64,000 bases of DNA from an uncultured Candidatus Rokubacteria bacterium (GCA_963789955.1 CAWBMV010000006.1:352001-416000); one strand, 5' to 3'; positions 39,137 to 51,924 are shown, counted from the stretch's first letter. Numbers and translations: made by a program. The notes: generated by a model from the sequence alone, not told the origin.

Positions 39137-40934
39137 ATGGCCACCGACACCCTCGCTCGGATGTTCTGGGATCGCGTCGAGCGTAGTGGTGACCGTCCAG
39201 CGCACCAGTTCAAGCACGGTGCCGACTGGAAGACGATCACCTGGCGTGAGGTCGGCGACGTCGTCCGCGAGGTGGCGCTCGGCCTGATCAGCTTGGGTCG
39301 CGAGAAGGGCGACACGGTCGCGCTCCTGTCGACGAGCCGCGCCGAGTGGGTCCAGGCCGACTTCGCGATCTTCAGCGCGGGGTGCGTGACGGTCCCGGTG
39401 TATCCCACGTATCCGCCGGACCTGATCGCCTACGTGGTGAACGACTCCGGCGCGAAGACGATCATCGTCGAGGACGCCGGCCAGCTCGCCAAGGTCTTGC
39501 AGGCGCGCGACAAGATGCCGGCGCTCGAGCACGTCGTCGTCATGGCCGGCTACGATGCGCCGCAGCCGCCGAAGATCGTGATGACCTGGGAGTCACTGCG
39601 GCGGCTCGGTCGCGAGAACGCCGCGGCGCACACGAGCACGCTCGCCGAGCGCGTCGCCGCGACGCGGCCGACCGATCTGGCGACGATCGTGTACACGTCC
39701 GGCACCACCGGTCCTCCGAAGGGCGTGATGCAGACTCACGGCAATCACATCGCCGCGGTCACGGCCTCGAAGCAGTCGACGCCGGTCCAGGAGGGCTGGG
39801 TGCACCTCCTGTTCCTGCCGCTCGCACACTCGTTCGCGCGGCTCGAGTCGTTCCTCGGCGTCACGCACGGGCTCACCACGGCGTTCGCCGAGAACCTCGA
39901 CAAGGTGGGGGACAATCTCAAGGAAACGCGGCCCCACTTCATCTGCAGCGTGCCGCGCGTGTTCGAGAAGGTCTACGGCAAGATCCTCGCCGGCGTGGAG
40001 GCCGGCTCACCCGCGAAGAGGAAGATTTTCAACTGGGCGGTGTCGGTCGGCCGAGACGTCAGCCGCCACCAGCAGCGCGGCCAGCCCGTGCCGGCGACCT
40101 TGGAGCTGAAGCGCAAGCTCGCCCATAAGCTCGTGTTCTCGAAGCTCCACGCCGCACTCGGCGGGCGACTGCAATGGGCCGTGTCGGGCGGAGCCCCGCT
40201 CTCGCGCGACATCGCGGAGTTTTTCCACGCGGCCGGCATCCTCCTCCTCGAGGGGTACGGCCTCACCGAGACGTGCCCGGCGCTCACGTTCAACCGGCCC
40301 GACCGCTTCAAGTTCGGCTCGGTCGGTCAGAGCCTACCGGGCGTGCAGCTGCAGGATCGCCGCGGACGGGGAGATCCTGGCGCGAGGCCCCAACATCGCG
40401 ACGCTCGGCTACTACAAGCAGCCCGAGGCGACCCGCGAGGTCTTCGATCCGGACGGGTGGTTCCACACCGGCGACATCGGCACGATCGACCAGGATGGAT
40501 TCCTCGTCATCACCGATCGCAAGAAAGACCTGATCGTGACGGCGGGCGGCATGAACATCGCGCCGCAGAACATCGAGAATCTGCTCAAGGCCGATCCGTT
40601 CATCAGCCAGGTGATGGTCTACGGCGATCGGCGCCCGTATCCGGTCGCGCTCATCACGATCAATCCCGAAGAGCTGTCGAAGTTCGCGCGTGAGCAGGGG
40701 ATCCTGACCAGCGACGCGGCGGCCATCGTGAAGCATCCGAAAGTGGCCGAGCGCATCGGCCGCACGGTCGAGGAGAAGAACACGCAGCTGCAGTCGTACG
40801 CGAAGATCAAGCGGTTCACGGTGCTCCCGGCCGACTTCACGCTCGACGGCGGCGAGCTGACGCCGACCCTGAAGGTGAAGCGCAAGGTCGTCTCGCAGAA
40901 GTACAAGGACGCGATCGAGGAGCTCTACCGCTGA
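39137..40934 (+). CDS. fadD: Long-chain fatty acid-CoA ligase, frameshift ~40352
   Basis: YTSGTTGPPKG, LPLAH, EGYGLTE, WFHTGD, ELTPTLKVKR. Confidence 0.9.
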
Positions 40935-41696
40935 CCCCGGCGCCTTGTGTCCTCGCCGGCAAGGTCGCGCTGGTCACCGGCGCCAGCCGCGGCCTGGGCC
41001 GGGCGATCGCGGTGGCGCTGGCCGAAGCCGGAGCCGATGTCGCGCTCGCCGCGCGATCGAAAGCGGCGCTGGAGGAAACCGCGCACCTCGCGGCGACCGG
41101 CGGCCGCCGCGCGCTCGTCGCGCCCACCGACGTCGCCAGCTACGCCGAGGTCGATGCGCTCGTGCAGCGGACGATCCACGAGCTCGGGCGGCTCGACATC
41201 GTCGTGAACAACTCGGGCGTGGCCAAGGTCGCGCCGCTGGTCGAGATGACGCCGGACGATTGGCGCTTCATGCTCGACGTGAATCTGACCGGCGTCTTCA
41301 ACGGCTGCCGCGCGGCCGCGCCGCACCTGATCGCGCAGAGATCCGGCAAGGTCATCAACGTCGCCTCCGTGCTCGGCCAGGTCGGGCTTGCCGGGCTACA
41401 CGGTCTACGGCGCGACGAAGGGCGGCGTCATCGCGCTCACGCGCACGCTCGGCGTGGAGTGGGCGCGTCACAACGTCCAGGTCAACGCGATCGCGCCGGG
41501 CTGGTTCGCGACCGACATGACCAACGAGGCGTTCGCGAACCCGGCGATCAACCAGCGCCTGACCCGCGACATCCCGGCCCGACGAATCGGACGGCCCGAG
41601 GAGATCGGGCCGCTGGCCGTCTATCTGGCGTCGGCGAGCTCCGACTTCATGACCGGCCAGACGCTCTTCCTCGACGGCGGCCACTCGGCCGCGTAG
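40931..41696 (+). CDS. SDR oxidoreductase, start uncertain, frameshift ~41388
   Basis: TGASRGLG, NNSG, YGATKGG, NAIAPG, DGG. Confidence 0.8.
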
Positions 41697-41733
41697 GTTG
41701 CCGGACGGTAGACCGTCGAGTAGATTGTCGGCC

Positions 41734-42741
41734 ATGAAAGCCGCGATTCTCCACGGACCGCGCGATCTTCGCGTCGAGCGCCTGCGCGATCCGCGACCCG
41801 AGCCCGGCGAGGTCGTCGTCCGCATGACGCGCGGCGGGCCTCTGCGGCACGGACTACGAGATCTGGTCGGGCGCGAGACCGGTCGCGTATCCGCGCATCA
41901 TGGGGCACGAGCTCGTCGGCCGCGTCGAGGCGACCGCGTCCGACGTGACCCGTGTGAGCCCGGGCGATCCGGTCGTCGTCGAGCCCAACTATTCGTGCGG
42001 CCATTGTCCACTCTGCCGCGAAGGCAATCGCAACCTGTGCCTGTCGCGGACCACGATCGGCATCAACGCCGACGGCGGCTTCGCCGAGCTCGTGCGGGTA
42101 CCCGCGCGGTGCTGCTGGCGCGTGACGGCCGGCGCCGCCTCCGACGCGCTGCTGCTCGCCGAGCCGCTCGCCGTGGTGGTCCGGGCGGTGGGACGCGGCG
42201 AGCCGCAAGCCGGGTGAGACTGCGGCGATCGTCGGGGCGGGGACCCTCGGGCTCCTCGCCCTTCAGGTGCTTCGTGCGCGCGGCGCCAGGGTGATGGTCA
42301 CGAGCCGCTCGCGGCGGCGGTTCGCTCTGGCCACCCAGCTCGGCGCCGACGCGACGCATGCCACGCTCGAGGGCCCGCTCGCCGACGCCGCGCGCCGGTT
42401 TGCCGGGCGCGAGGGGGTGGACCTGGTCGTCGAGACCGCCGGCACCGCGGAGGCGGTCACGCACGCGCTCGAGCTCGTGCGCCCGGGCGGACGCGTGGTG
42501 CTGACCGGACTGCCGCACGAGCCCACGTCGGTCTCGTTCTTCTCGGTCGTCCGGCGCGAAATCACCTTGACCGGCTCGATGATCTACCAGGACGAGTTTC
42601 CCGAAGCGCTGCGGCTCGTCGCACAGCGGCGCGGTGCAGACGACGCCGCTGATCACGCATCGATTCGGCCTCGACCGGATCGGCGAGGCCTTCGCGGCGC
42701 ATGCCGACCCGAGCTCCATCAAGGTCGCGCTCAAGATCTGA
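41734..42741 (+). CDS. Zn-dependent alcohol dehydrogenase (MDR), three frameshifts
   Basis: LCGTD, GHE, CGHCPLCREGNRNLC, GAGTLG. Confidence 0.85.
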
Positions 42742-42760
42742 TGCCCATGAGCGAGGAGAC

Positions 42761-43585
42761 ATGACCGACCAGCCGCTTCGCCACGAGACGTACACGCACG
42801 GCCACGCACCGGCGACCTTACGCCAGCACGCTCAGCGGACCGCCGACGAGGCCGCGGCGTTCCTCCTGCCGCATCTCCGCCCGGGTATGCGGCTTCTCGA
42901 CGTGGGCTGCGGGCCTGGAAGCATCACGCGGGGACTCGCGGAACGGCTCGCCCCTGGTCAGGTCGTGGGCGTCGACCTCTCCAAAGACGCCCTCGACGGC
43001 GCGCGGCGTGATGCGGCCGTTCGAGGGCTGACGAATCTCCACTACCAGGAGGGCAGCGTCTATCAGCTGCCGTTCCCCGATGCGTCGTTCGACGCCGTCT
43101 ACGCCCACCAGGTGCTGCAGCACCTGCGCGAGCGTGAATCAGCGGTGCGCGAGATGCTCCGGGTGGTGCGGCCCGGAGGCCTCGTCGCGGTGCGCGACGT
43201 CGACTGGGGCACGGCGGCCTACTGGCCGCGGGATCCGTGGATCGATCGGTTCATCGAAGTCCATCACCAGGCGTGGTATCGCAATGGCGGCGAGCCGCAG
43301 ATGGGACGTCAGCTTCGAGCGCTCTTCAACGCGGCCGAGGTCGTCGATCTCGAGATCTCCGCGGCCGTGTGGTGTTACGCCACGCCCGACGAGACCGCCG
43401 CGTGGGGCGAGGCCTACGCGGACCGCCTGCTCACCTCGCCCATGGGCGAGCGCCCGGTCGAATATGGGTTTGCGACACGCGCCGAGATCGAGTCGATGGC
43501 CGCGGCGTTCAGGGCGTGGGGCTCGCATCCAGACGCGACGTGGATGTTCATCCACATCGCCGCGCTGGGCCGCAAGGCGGCCTGA
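42761..43585 (+). CDS. Class I SAM-dependent methyltransferase
   Basis: LLDVGCGPG, LPFPDASFD, VRPGG. Confidence 0.9.
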   Translation: MTDQPLRHETYTHGHAPATLRQHAQRTADEAAAFLLPHLRPGMRLLDVGCGPGSITRGLAERLAPGQVVGVDLSKDALDGARRDAAVRGLTNLHYQEGSVYQLPFPDASFDAVYAHQVLQHLRERESAVREMLRVVRPGGLVAVRDVDWGTAAYWPRDPWIDRFIEVHHQAWYRNGGEPQMGRQLRALFNAAEVVDLEISAAVWCYATPDETAAWGEAYADRLLTSPMGERPVEYGFATRAEIESMAAAFRAWGSHPDATWMFIHIAALGRKAA

Positions 43586-43587
43586 GA

Positions 43588-43953
43588 CTAGATCTCGGGC
43601 CGCTTGCCGTGTGACACGCGGACTTCGGTCTTGATGCCGCCGCGAACGTTGAAGTCGCCGGTGACCTCGAGCCAGCGCGGGTTCGCGACCGCCACGAAGT
43701 CGTTCACGATGCGGTTCGTCACGTCCTCGTGAAACGCGCCTTCCTGTCGGAATGACCAGAGATAGAGCTTCAGCGACTTCAGCTCCACCAGGTGCTGGTC
43801 CGGCACGTACCGGATGCGGATCGTGGCGAAGTCCGGCTGTCCGGTCTTGGGACAGAGGCAGGTGAACTCCGGCACCGTCATCGTGACTTCGTAGTCACGG
43901 TCGGGATGCGGGTTCGGCACGATCTCGAGCGTCTTCGACGGAACCGACGGCAT
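43588..43953 (-). CDS. queF: NADPH-dependent 7-cyano-7-deazaguanine reductase
   Basis: [32 protein letters not shown]. Confidence 0.95.
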   Translation of the reverse strand: MPSVPSKTLEIVPNPHPDRDYEVTMTVPEFTCLCPKTGQPDFATIRIRYVPDQHLVELKSLKLYLWSFRQEGAFHEDVTNRIVNDFVAVANPRWLEVTGDFNVRGGIKTEVRVSHGKRPEI

Positions 43954-43965
43954 GGCGTGATTATA

Positions 43966-44805
43966 TCAGCGGCTCGTCAGGCCGATCCCAACCGCGACCG
44001 CCGCGCACGCGATCAGAAGATCAGGCGTGATCGGATCACCGGCGACCAGCGCCGCCGCGATCACGCCGAAGATCGGCTGGGTGAGAAAGAACGCGGACAG
44101 CGCGCTCGGCCGATACCGGCGCAGCAGCGACAGATTCACCACGAAGTTGAATCCCGAGATCAGCACGCCCTGATAGGCGATCGACCCGGCCAGCCGCAGT
44201 CCCCAGCGGGTCGGCGCCGGCTCCACCAGGAACGAGACCACGACGAAGAGCGCGGTCCCGACGATCGCCTGGGTCAGGAGGAGCTTCACCGGGTCGAGCC
44301 GCTGAACCGCACGCGCCAGGTAGATGGTCCGCTCGGCCAGGAGCACGCCGGCGATCGTCACGACCACGTCGCCCAGCAAGGTGGGCGAGCCGTGCGCGAT
44401 CTGGCGGGCGCCGAGCATGACGATGCCCGAATAGGCGACGAGCACCCCGGCGAGCTTCCGCACCGTGAGCCGATCGCCCGGGATCAGGAAGTGGGCGAGG
44501 ACGACCGTGTGGACGGCGTAGAGGTTGAGGAGGATCGACGCGTGCGCCGCGCTGGTGAGCCAGGTCCCGACGTTCGTCGCCGCCATCTGGACGCTGAACA
44601 GGAGCCCCAGCACGACGAGCGGACGCCACTCGGCGGGCTCGACCCGAAAGCCGGCGAAGCGGCCGGTGGCCCAGGCCCAGAGGCAGATCACGGCGCCGCC
44701 GACGACGAATCGCATACACGCCAGGCGGAGCGGCGGGGCCTCCTCGAGGCCCATCTTGATGATGACGGTATTCGCGCCCCAGAGGATCGAGATGAGCACG
44801 GCCAT
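43966..44805 (-). CDS. DMT/EamA transporter (start may lie slightly upstream)
   Basis: LWGAN...PPLRLACMRF; about 10 TM; LTQPIFGV. Confidence 0.85.
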   Translation of the reverse strand: MAVLISILWGANTVIIKMGLEEAPPLRLACMRFVVGGAVICLWAWATGRFAGFRVEPAEWRPLVVLGLLFSVQMAATNVGTWLTSAAHASILLNLYAVHTVVLAHFLIPGDRLTVRKLAGVLVAYSGIVMLGARQIAHGSPTLLGDVVVTIAGVLLAERTIYLARAVQRLDPVKLLLTQAIVGTALFVVVSFLVEPAPTRWGLRLAGSIAYQGVLISGFNFVVNLSLLRRYRPSALSAFFLTQPIFGVIAAALVAGDPITPDLLIACAAVAVGIGLTSR

Positions 44806-44888
44806 GGCCGCGCCCTTGAGGTCGATGTCTTTCGCCGGGTGGCTCAGCAGAACGCTCTCGAGGATACGACACCTGGCATAATCGCCCC

Positions 44889-45968
<1,080 letters not shown>

Positions 45969-45977
45969 GGTCAGTCG

Positions 45978-46481
45978 ATGATGGACTGGCGCTCGGTGAG
46001 CTTCGGCGTGACCACCGCGCTGGCGATGTTCGCGCGCTGGCTCTACCGGGGACAGCGCCCCAACGCCTTGGCCCGCTCGATCAATCGCGTGGCGGCCGCC
46101 GTCTTCGCGCGCGGGGTCGCGCCGGACTATCTCGTCACCCTGGACGTGACCGGGCGTCGTTCGGGGCGGACGATTTCTTTGCCGCTCGTGATGGCGGTCC
46201 TCGACCGGCAGCGCTACCTCGTGTCGCATCTCGGTACCGACGTCGCCTGGGTTCGCAATGTGAAGGCCACCGCGGGCCGCGCGGTCCTGCGTCACGGTCG
46301 TACCGAGCACGTTCAGCTGGAAGAGTTCGCGATCGAGAAGCGGGCGCCGGTGCTGAAGGCCCACTTGCGGCGCGTGCCCGGGGCCAGGCCGCACATCCCG
46401 GTCGACAAGGATGCTCCGCTCGAAGAGTTCGAGGCGATCGCGGCGCAGATTCCCGTCTTTCGGGTTCTTCCCGCCGGCTGA
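45978..46481 (+). CDS. Deazaflavin-dependent nitroreductase (DDN/DUF385)-like protein
   Basis: LDVTGRRSG, WVRNVKA, PVFRV. Confidence 0.75.
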   Translation: MMDWRSVSFGVTTALAMFARWLYRGQRPNALARSINRVAAAVFARGVAPDYLVTLDVTGRRSGRTISLPLVMAVLDRQRYLVSHLGTDVAWVRNVKATAGRAVLRHGRTEHVQLEEFAIEKRAPVLKAHLRRVPGARPHIPVDKDAPLEEFEAIAAQIPVFRVLPAG

Positions 46482-46504
46482 CGTCGCCGCCGTCTGCGAA
46501 CGAC

Positions 46505-47527
46505 CTAGGCCGTGATCCCCGGAATCTTCTTCAGCGGCCCGCCGAGCGTCTGCACGACCGCGGCGACGGTGGCGTCGGGAGTGTTCATCGGGAGCACGCA
46601 TCCCGGCGCGACGATCAGCCCGATGCCGTCGGTCTGAGCGACCGCGTCGCGCGTTTCGCTGACTGCCTGCTCCGCCGTTCCGTCCCGCAACGTCTTCCAC
46701 TGGTGGAGACCGCCGATGACGGCACCCGGCACCTTGGCGCGCGCGTCCCGCAGGGATGGCGGCGTCGCGCGGTCGTCCCAGTTCCAGGCGTGCCCCGGGA
46801 GACTGGCCAGCCGGTCGAACATCAGCTCGTTGCCGTGACAATGGATGATCGTCAGAGTCGACTTCGACTCGATCGACTCGAGGAACCGACGGTCGTAGGG
46901 CTCGCCGAACCGCGCGTAGTCCTCCTCGGAGTTGGCGGAGCGGCTGGCCGCCTGGATCGAGTAGAAGATGCCGGAGACGCCCTCCGTGAGGGCGAGCTCG
47001 GCGAATTTGATGAGCGTCTCGGTGATCGCCTCGAGCGCGCCCGTGACCGCGTCGGGATGATCCCGCAGGTCGCGCGGGAGCCGGTCGCCCGAGAGCTTCT
47101 TCGCGAGCGACAGTGGAGAGAAGAGGGTCGGCACGACCGGCGCGTCGCCGATCCGGCGATCGAAGCCCAGGCGGATGATCGTCTCGATCTCTTCGGCGTA
47201 CCCGGGCGCGGCGCCGGGATCGAGGACGCGGATCTTCTTCCAGTCCTCCGGCGCGCGGACCGCGCAGCCGGCGCACGGGCGGTGGCCGTCCTCGCGGACC
47301 GTGTCGCCCTCCACGCAGCCCCACGCCTCGACGGCGTAGCCGCCGCGCGGCGTGATCTTGAGGAAGTCCGAGCCGTAGTGCTCGTGGAATCGTAGGGTCG
47401 CCTGGGCCAGGCCCGCGGGCGAGTGATCGACGCTCGGGAAGTGGCGCCACACCGCGTAGGGGACCCGGTCGACGGGCTGGCGGTTGACCGCGGCGAGCAC
47501 GCGCTCGCGTCGACTCATCTGCTTCAT
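46505..47527 (-). CDS. Uroporphyrinogen decarboxylase/MtaA-like family protein
   Basis: MSRRERVLAAVNRQPVDRVP, TLFSPLS, IIHCHG, IVAPGC. Confidence 0.8.
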   Translation of the reverse strand: MKQMSRRERVLAAVNRQPVDRVPYAVWRHFPSVDHSPAGLAQATLRFHEHYGSDFLKITPRGGYAVEAWGCVEGDTVREDGHRPCAGCAVRAPEDWKKIRVLDPGAAPGYAEEIETIIRLGFDRRIGDAPVVPTLFSPLSLAKKLSGDRLPRDLRDHPDAVTGALEAITETLIKFAELALTEGVSGIFYSIQAASRSANSEEDYARFGEPYDRRFLESIESKSTLTIIHCHGNELMFDRLASLPGHAWNWDDRATPPSLRDARAKVPGAVIGGLHQWKTLRDGTAEQAVSETRDAVAQTDGIGLIVAPGCVLPMNTPDATVAAVVQTLGGPLKKIPGITA

Positions 47528-48394
47528 GCTCGTAGCACTCCGTCGCTCAGCACCGGCTCCCCGCGCCCGTCGACCGCGTCGAACGCGAGCAGGTCGCCCG
47601 CCCGTCCGCGGCCGCGCACCGTGAAGGTCGATGGCATGAACACCAAGCCGGTGAAGCGCACCGAGATCTCCTTGACGCGCGCCGGGTCGCCGCCGAGGTC
47701 TTGCTCGATCACCCGCGACACCGCCAGCGCGAGCGTCGCCGAGCCGTGAAGGATCGGCGCGGTGAGCCCGGCCGATCGGGCGACGGCGATGTCGGTATGG
47801 ATCGGATTCCAGATGCGCGCGCATTCCGAGTAGATGTGTGCCGCTCGGGCCCCGACCGGGACCTCCGCGGTCCAGCGCGTTTCGGTGGAAGCCGGCGGCG
47901 ACGGACGGGCGAGCGGCTCGACCGGCGCGCGGGCTTCGCGCTCGGTCGTGATCCCGCGATAGACCGAGCCGTAGTCGGTCGTCGTCACCGGCCGCCCGTT
48001 CCGGTCCACGGTGGACAAGCCGCGCGACGACGAGCGTGCCGGCGCGGCTCGGCCGCACCAGGATGATCTGCGCGCGCGTCAGCAGACGATCCGCGGTCGA
48101 GGGCAGCCGGTGGATGAGCACGTGATGGGTCGAGTGGACGCCCAGGAGCGCCCACGATTCCTTCACGGCCTTCGAGCGCAGCGCCAGCACGGCCGGCCAC
48201 TCGTAGCAGACCGAGAAGAGCGGGTGGGCCACCGGACCTTCCTCGGCCAAGGTGTCGTAGTAGCGTGGATCGTCCACCCCGAGCGCCGCGGAGTACGCCA
48301 TCATCCAGCGCGCGTCGAGCGAGGTACTCAGCGCGCCGACCTCGGTCCCGGCGACCGTGCCCGGGATCGCGCGAACGCCTTCCCGCCTCGTCAT
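47524..48394 (-). CDS. Double hot-dog MaoC dehydratase, frameshift ~48015
   Basis: N-half AHPLF; C-half WNPIHTD...PILHG. Confidence 0.75.
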
Positions 48395-50274
48395 CGTGCC
48401 CGCGGGAAGTTCATGCAGTCCACGAAGATCTCCTCGAAGTCCGGGTGAGCCGCGAGCGAGACGTGCTCGATCCGTCCCGCGACCGCCTCGGCGCGCGCGC
48501 GCTCCGTCTCGGACACGAGGCAGAGCTGCGCCCCGAGTGAGGCGGCGTTGCCCACGTAGCGGATTCGCTCGCGAGGCAGCGGAGGGATCAGCCCGATCCT
48601 GAGCGCGCTCTCGATCGACACGTAGTTGCCGAAGCCGCCGGCCAGCATCAGCTCGGCGACCGTTTCGGACGGGACGCCGGCGACGTGCTGCAGCATCGTG
48701 ACGCCCGAGGCGATCGCGCCCTTCGCCAGCTGCACCTGGCGCACGTCGTCCTGGGTGAGCACGATCTCTTGTCGCGCGCCGGCTTCGCCGGGCCGGAGCA
48801 CGATGACCTGACGCTCCTCGCCCCGCATCACGATCCGCTCGCCGAGCTTCGGCGGCAGCGAATCGCGGGCATCGACCTGGATCAAGCCGGTCCAGTCGAT
48901 GACACCGCCGTCGAGCAGGCCCGCCAGCAGATCGATGATCCCGGAGCCGCAGATGCCGAGCGCGTCCGCCTCGCCGATGGTGTGGACGTGGATGTCGTCA
49001 TCGACCGTGACCCGATCGATGGCGCCGAGGGCGCCGCGCATGCCGTGGCGGATCTGGGCGCCCTCGAGCGCCGGTCCCGCGGGCGCCGAGCAGGCCCAGA
49101 GCCGCTCGCGCGAGCCCAGCAACACCTCGCCGTTGGTGCCGATGTCGACGGCGATGCGGATCTCGGCGCTCTCGTAGATGCGCGTCGCGAGGGCGACGCC
49201 GACGGCATCGGCGCCGACGAAACCGGCGACGAGCGGCAGCAGACACACGCGCGCCTCCGGCGCCACCTTCAGGAAGAGCTCGCGCGCGGACAGGGTCACC
49301 GCGTGGCGCATCACCGGCGCATAGGGCGCGAGGCCCACGTGCGAGGGATCGATGCCGAGCAGGATGTGGTGCATGCACGTGTTGCCGACGACGACGACCT
49401 TGTAGATCCACTTGGCGAGCACGCCGGAGTCGCGGCAGATCTGCGCGATGTGCTGGTTCAGGAGGCCGACGATCCGCGTGTGGAGCTTCCGCAGATTGCC
49501 GGGATTGAACTGCGCGAAGGCGATGCGCGACATGAGGTCGCCGCCGAAGACCGCCTGCGGATTCAGGCTGGAGACCGACCCGAGCTGCTCGCCCGACTCG
49601 AGCTCGACCAGGGTGGTCACGACGCTCGTCGTGCCGATGTCGATCGCGAGGCCGAACTTCATCGCCGCGGTGTCGCCGCGCTCGACCGAAAGGATCCGCT
49701 GCCGTCCGCCACCCGCCGCGAACGTCGTCACCGTCACGCCCGCCGGATCGTCGCGGAGCGCGGACGGCAACCCCTGGAGCACGGCCGGGCCGACGTCGGC
49801 CGTGGTGAGGCCGACCGCTTCGAGAAGCTGCTCGAGGTCGGAGGTCTGGTGATGCTCTTCGCGCGGCAGGGTGACCTTGACCACCTGCTTGGCGATCCCC
49901 GAATCGAGCGTGACCCGGCCGAGCTCCCGCACGCCCGGCCCGGCGCCGAGGATCTGGAACGCGCGCTCGTCGAGCGGCGGCGCCGGCTGGACGGTGACGG
50001 CTTCGTGGAGCACGCACTGGCAGGCGAGGCGATAGCCCTCGCGGACCAGATCGTCGCCGAGCTGGACCTCGTCCATGATCGTCGGCGGCGGCGGCAGACC
50101 CACCAGGAACTTCACGCGACAGGACGTGCACCGTCCGCGCCCGCCGCAGGTGGCGGTGATATCGACGCCGCCCGCGTGCGCCGCCTTGAGAATCGTGGTG
50201 CCCGGCGCGACCGTCAGCGTCCGGCGCGACGCGGGATCGCGCGGATCGGCGACGAGCGTGAGCGGGACGGCCAT
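48391..50274 (-). CDS. RACo/DUF4445 ASKHA protein with N-terminal 2Fe-2S ferredoxin
   Basis: CGGRGRCTSC...RLAC; AIDIGTT, GDLMSRI, DIGTNGE, GICGSG, LAGGFG, GNAA. Confidence 0.9.
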   Translation of the reverse strand: MAVPLTLVADPRDPASRRTLTVAPGTTILKAAHAGGVDITATCGGRGRCTSCRVKFLVGLPPPPTIMDEVQLGDDLVREGYRLACQCVLHEAVTVQPAPPLDERAFQILGAGPGVRELGRVTLDSGIAKQVVKVTLPREEHHQTSDLEQLLEAVGLTTADVGPAVLQGLPSALRDDPAGVTVTTFAAGGGRQRILSVERGDTAAMKFGLAIDIGTTSVVTTLVELESGEQLGSVSSLNPQAVFGGDLMSRIAFAQFNPGNLRKLHTRIVGLLNQHIAQICRDSGVLAKWIYKVVVVGNTCMHHILLGIDPSHVGLAPYAPVMRHAVTLSARELFLKVAPEARVCLLPLVAGFVGADAVGVALATRIYESAEIRIAVDIGTNGEVLLGSRERLWACSAPAGPALEGAQIRHGMRGALGAIDRVTVDDDIHVHTIGEADALGICGSGIIDLLAGLLDGGVIDWTGLIQVDARDSLPPKLGERIVMRGEERQVIVLRPGEAGARQEIVLTQDDVRQVQLAKGAIASGVTMLQHVAGVPSETVAELMLAGGFGNYVSIESALRIGLIPPLPRERIRYVGNAASLGAQLCLVSETERARAEAVAGRIEHVSLAAHPDFEEIFVDCMNFPRAR

Positions 50275-50305
50275 GGCTCCACATTCTAGTGGTATGCTCG
50301 CGCGC

Positions 50306-50482
50306 ATGGAAATAAGCGTGGAGTCGCTGAGGCGGACGGCCGCCCTCAGTGGGTTCGCCTGGACCGATGCCGAGCTCGAGGCCATCCGTCCCGCGGTCCA
50401 GCGCCTCCTCGAGTCCCTGGAGCAGATGGAGCAGCTGCCGCTCGGCGCCGTCGAGCCGACGACCCAATACCGGGTGCTCTGA
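50306..50482 (+). CDS. Small GatC/AtzG-like amidase partner
   Basis: MEISVESLRRTAALSGFAWTDAELEAIRPAVQRLLESLEQMEQLPLGAVEP; directly precedes amidase. Confidence 0.65.
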   Translation: MEISVESLRRTAALSGFAWTDAELEAIRPAVQRLLESLEQMEQLPLGAVEPTTQYRVL

Positions 50483-50483
50483 G

Positions 50484-51899
50484 GTGAACGATCTTCACTG
50501 GGCGTCCATGGCCGACCTCGGCCGGCTGATCGCGACCAAGCAGGTCTCGCCCGTCGAGGTCGTACGCGCTCATCTCGATCGCATCGCCGCCGTCGACTCG
50601 AAGCTTCGCGCGTTCATCACGGTCTGCGCGGATTCGGCGCTCGAGTCGGCGCGCGCGGCCGAGGCCGATCTCATGGCCGGGCGGGTCGTCGGACGGCTCC
50701 ACGGCGTGCCGTGGGCGCCGAAGGACCTCTACTCGACGCGCGGTGTCCGGACGACCGGCGGCTCGAAGATCCTCGCCGACTCGGTGCCGAGCGAAGACTC
50801 GACGGTCGTGGCGCGGCTGGCGCGCGCCGGCGCCATCCTGCTCGGCAAGCTGAACATGCACGAGTTCGCGTACGGGCCCGAGGGCCTCAACGCGCACTAC
50901 GGCGACGCGCGCAATCCGTGGAGCGCCGACGCCCACCGAATCACGGGGGGCTCGTCCTCGGGGTCCGGAGCCGCGGTCGCCGCCGGGCTCGCGCCCGGAT
51001 CACTCGGCTCCGACACCGGCGGCTCGATCCGGATCCCGGCTTCGCTCTGCGGCATCACCGGACTCAAGCCGACCTACGGCCGCGTGAGTCGCGCCGGCGT
51101 GCTGCCGCTCGCGTGGTCGATGGACCATGTGGGCCCGATGACGCGCTCCGCCCGGGACTGCGCGCTGATGCTGAGCGTGATCGCGGGCTACGATCCGGCC
51201 GACCCGACCACGAGCGTGCTGCCCGTGCCCGACTACGGCGCGGCGCTCACCGGCGACGTGAAGGGGCTCCGGGTGGGGCTGCTGCGCGCGCACTTCACCG
51301 ACCCCGCGGCCGCCGACGTGCGCGCGGCCGTGGAAGCGAGCGCGAAGCAGCTCGAGCAGGCCGGCGCGGTCGTGGACGAGGTCAATCTGACCCAGGTGAT
51401 CCACGTCGCGACCGGCTCCGCGGCGATCGTGGCGTCGGAGGCGCTCGCGTATCACGCGCCGTGGATGCGCTCGCGGCCGCAGGACTACCAGCCCGACGTG
51501 CGCGAGCGCCTCCGGCTGGGCGCCTTCGTCAACGGGGCGCACTACGTCCGCGCCCAGCAGATTCGCGCCCTGGTCACTCGCGAGGTCGACGAGGCGCTCG
51601 CCCGCCGCGATGTGCTGCTGGCGCCGGCGACACCGCTCGTCGCGCCGGTGCTCGGCGAGCGCGAGGCGGCGCTCGGCGACGGCCCGTCGGACGTGCGCGC
51701 GGCGTTGCTGCGCTGCACGCGCCCGTTCAACTTCTCCGGCCACCCCGCGTGCGCGGCGCCGTGCGGGTTCACCGCGGGGGGCCTGCCCATTGGTTTGCAG
51801 ATCGTGGGCCGTCCGTTCGACGAGGCGACGGTGCTTCGCGTCGTCGACGCCTATCAGCGCATGACCGACTGGCATACTCGCCGCCCGCCGGCCGCGTGA
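50484..51899 (+). CDS. Amidase-signature (GatA-like) enzyme
   Basis: [26 protein letters not shown]. Confidence 0.9.
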   Translation: MNDLHWASMADLGRLIATKQVSPVEVVRAHLDRIAAVDSKLRAFITVCADSALESARAAEADLMAGRVVGRLHGVPWAPKDLYSTRGVRTTGGSKILADSVPSEDSTVVARLARAGAILLGKLNMHEFAYGPEGLNAHYGDARNPWSADAHRITGGSSSGSGAAVAAGLAPGSLGSDTGGSIRIPASLCGITGLKPTYGRVSRAGVLPLAWSMDHVGPMTRSARDCALMLSVIAGYDPADPTTSVLPVPDYGAALTGDVKGLRVGLLRAHFTDPAAADVRAAVEASAKQLEQAGAVVDEVNLTQVIHVATGSAAIVASEALAYHAPWMRSRPQDYQPDVRERLRLGAFVNGAHYVRAQQIRALVTREVDEALARRDVLLAPATPLVAPVLGEREAALGDGPSDVRAALLRCTRPFNFSGHPACAAPCGFTAGGLPIGLQIVGRPFDEATVLRVVDAYQRMTDWHTRRPPAA

Positions 51900-51924
51900 G
51901 CGGCTTCGGGCCTCGGAGGATTGG

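Noticed and set aside
46505..48394. MaoC-UROD fusion (629-aa ORF)
   Set aside because: Created by the frameshift at ~48015; the true MaoC C-half ends at 47524 overlapping the UROD ATG.
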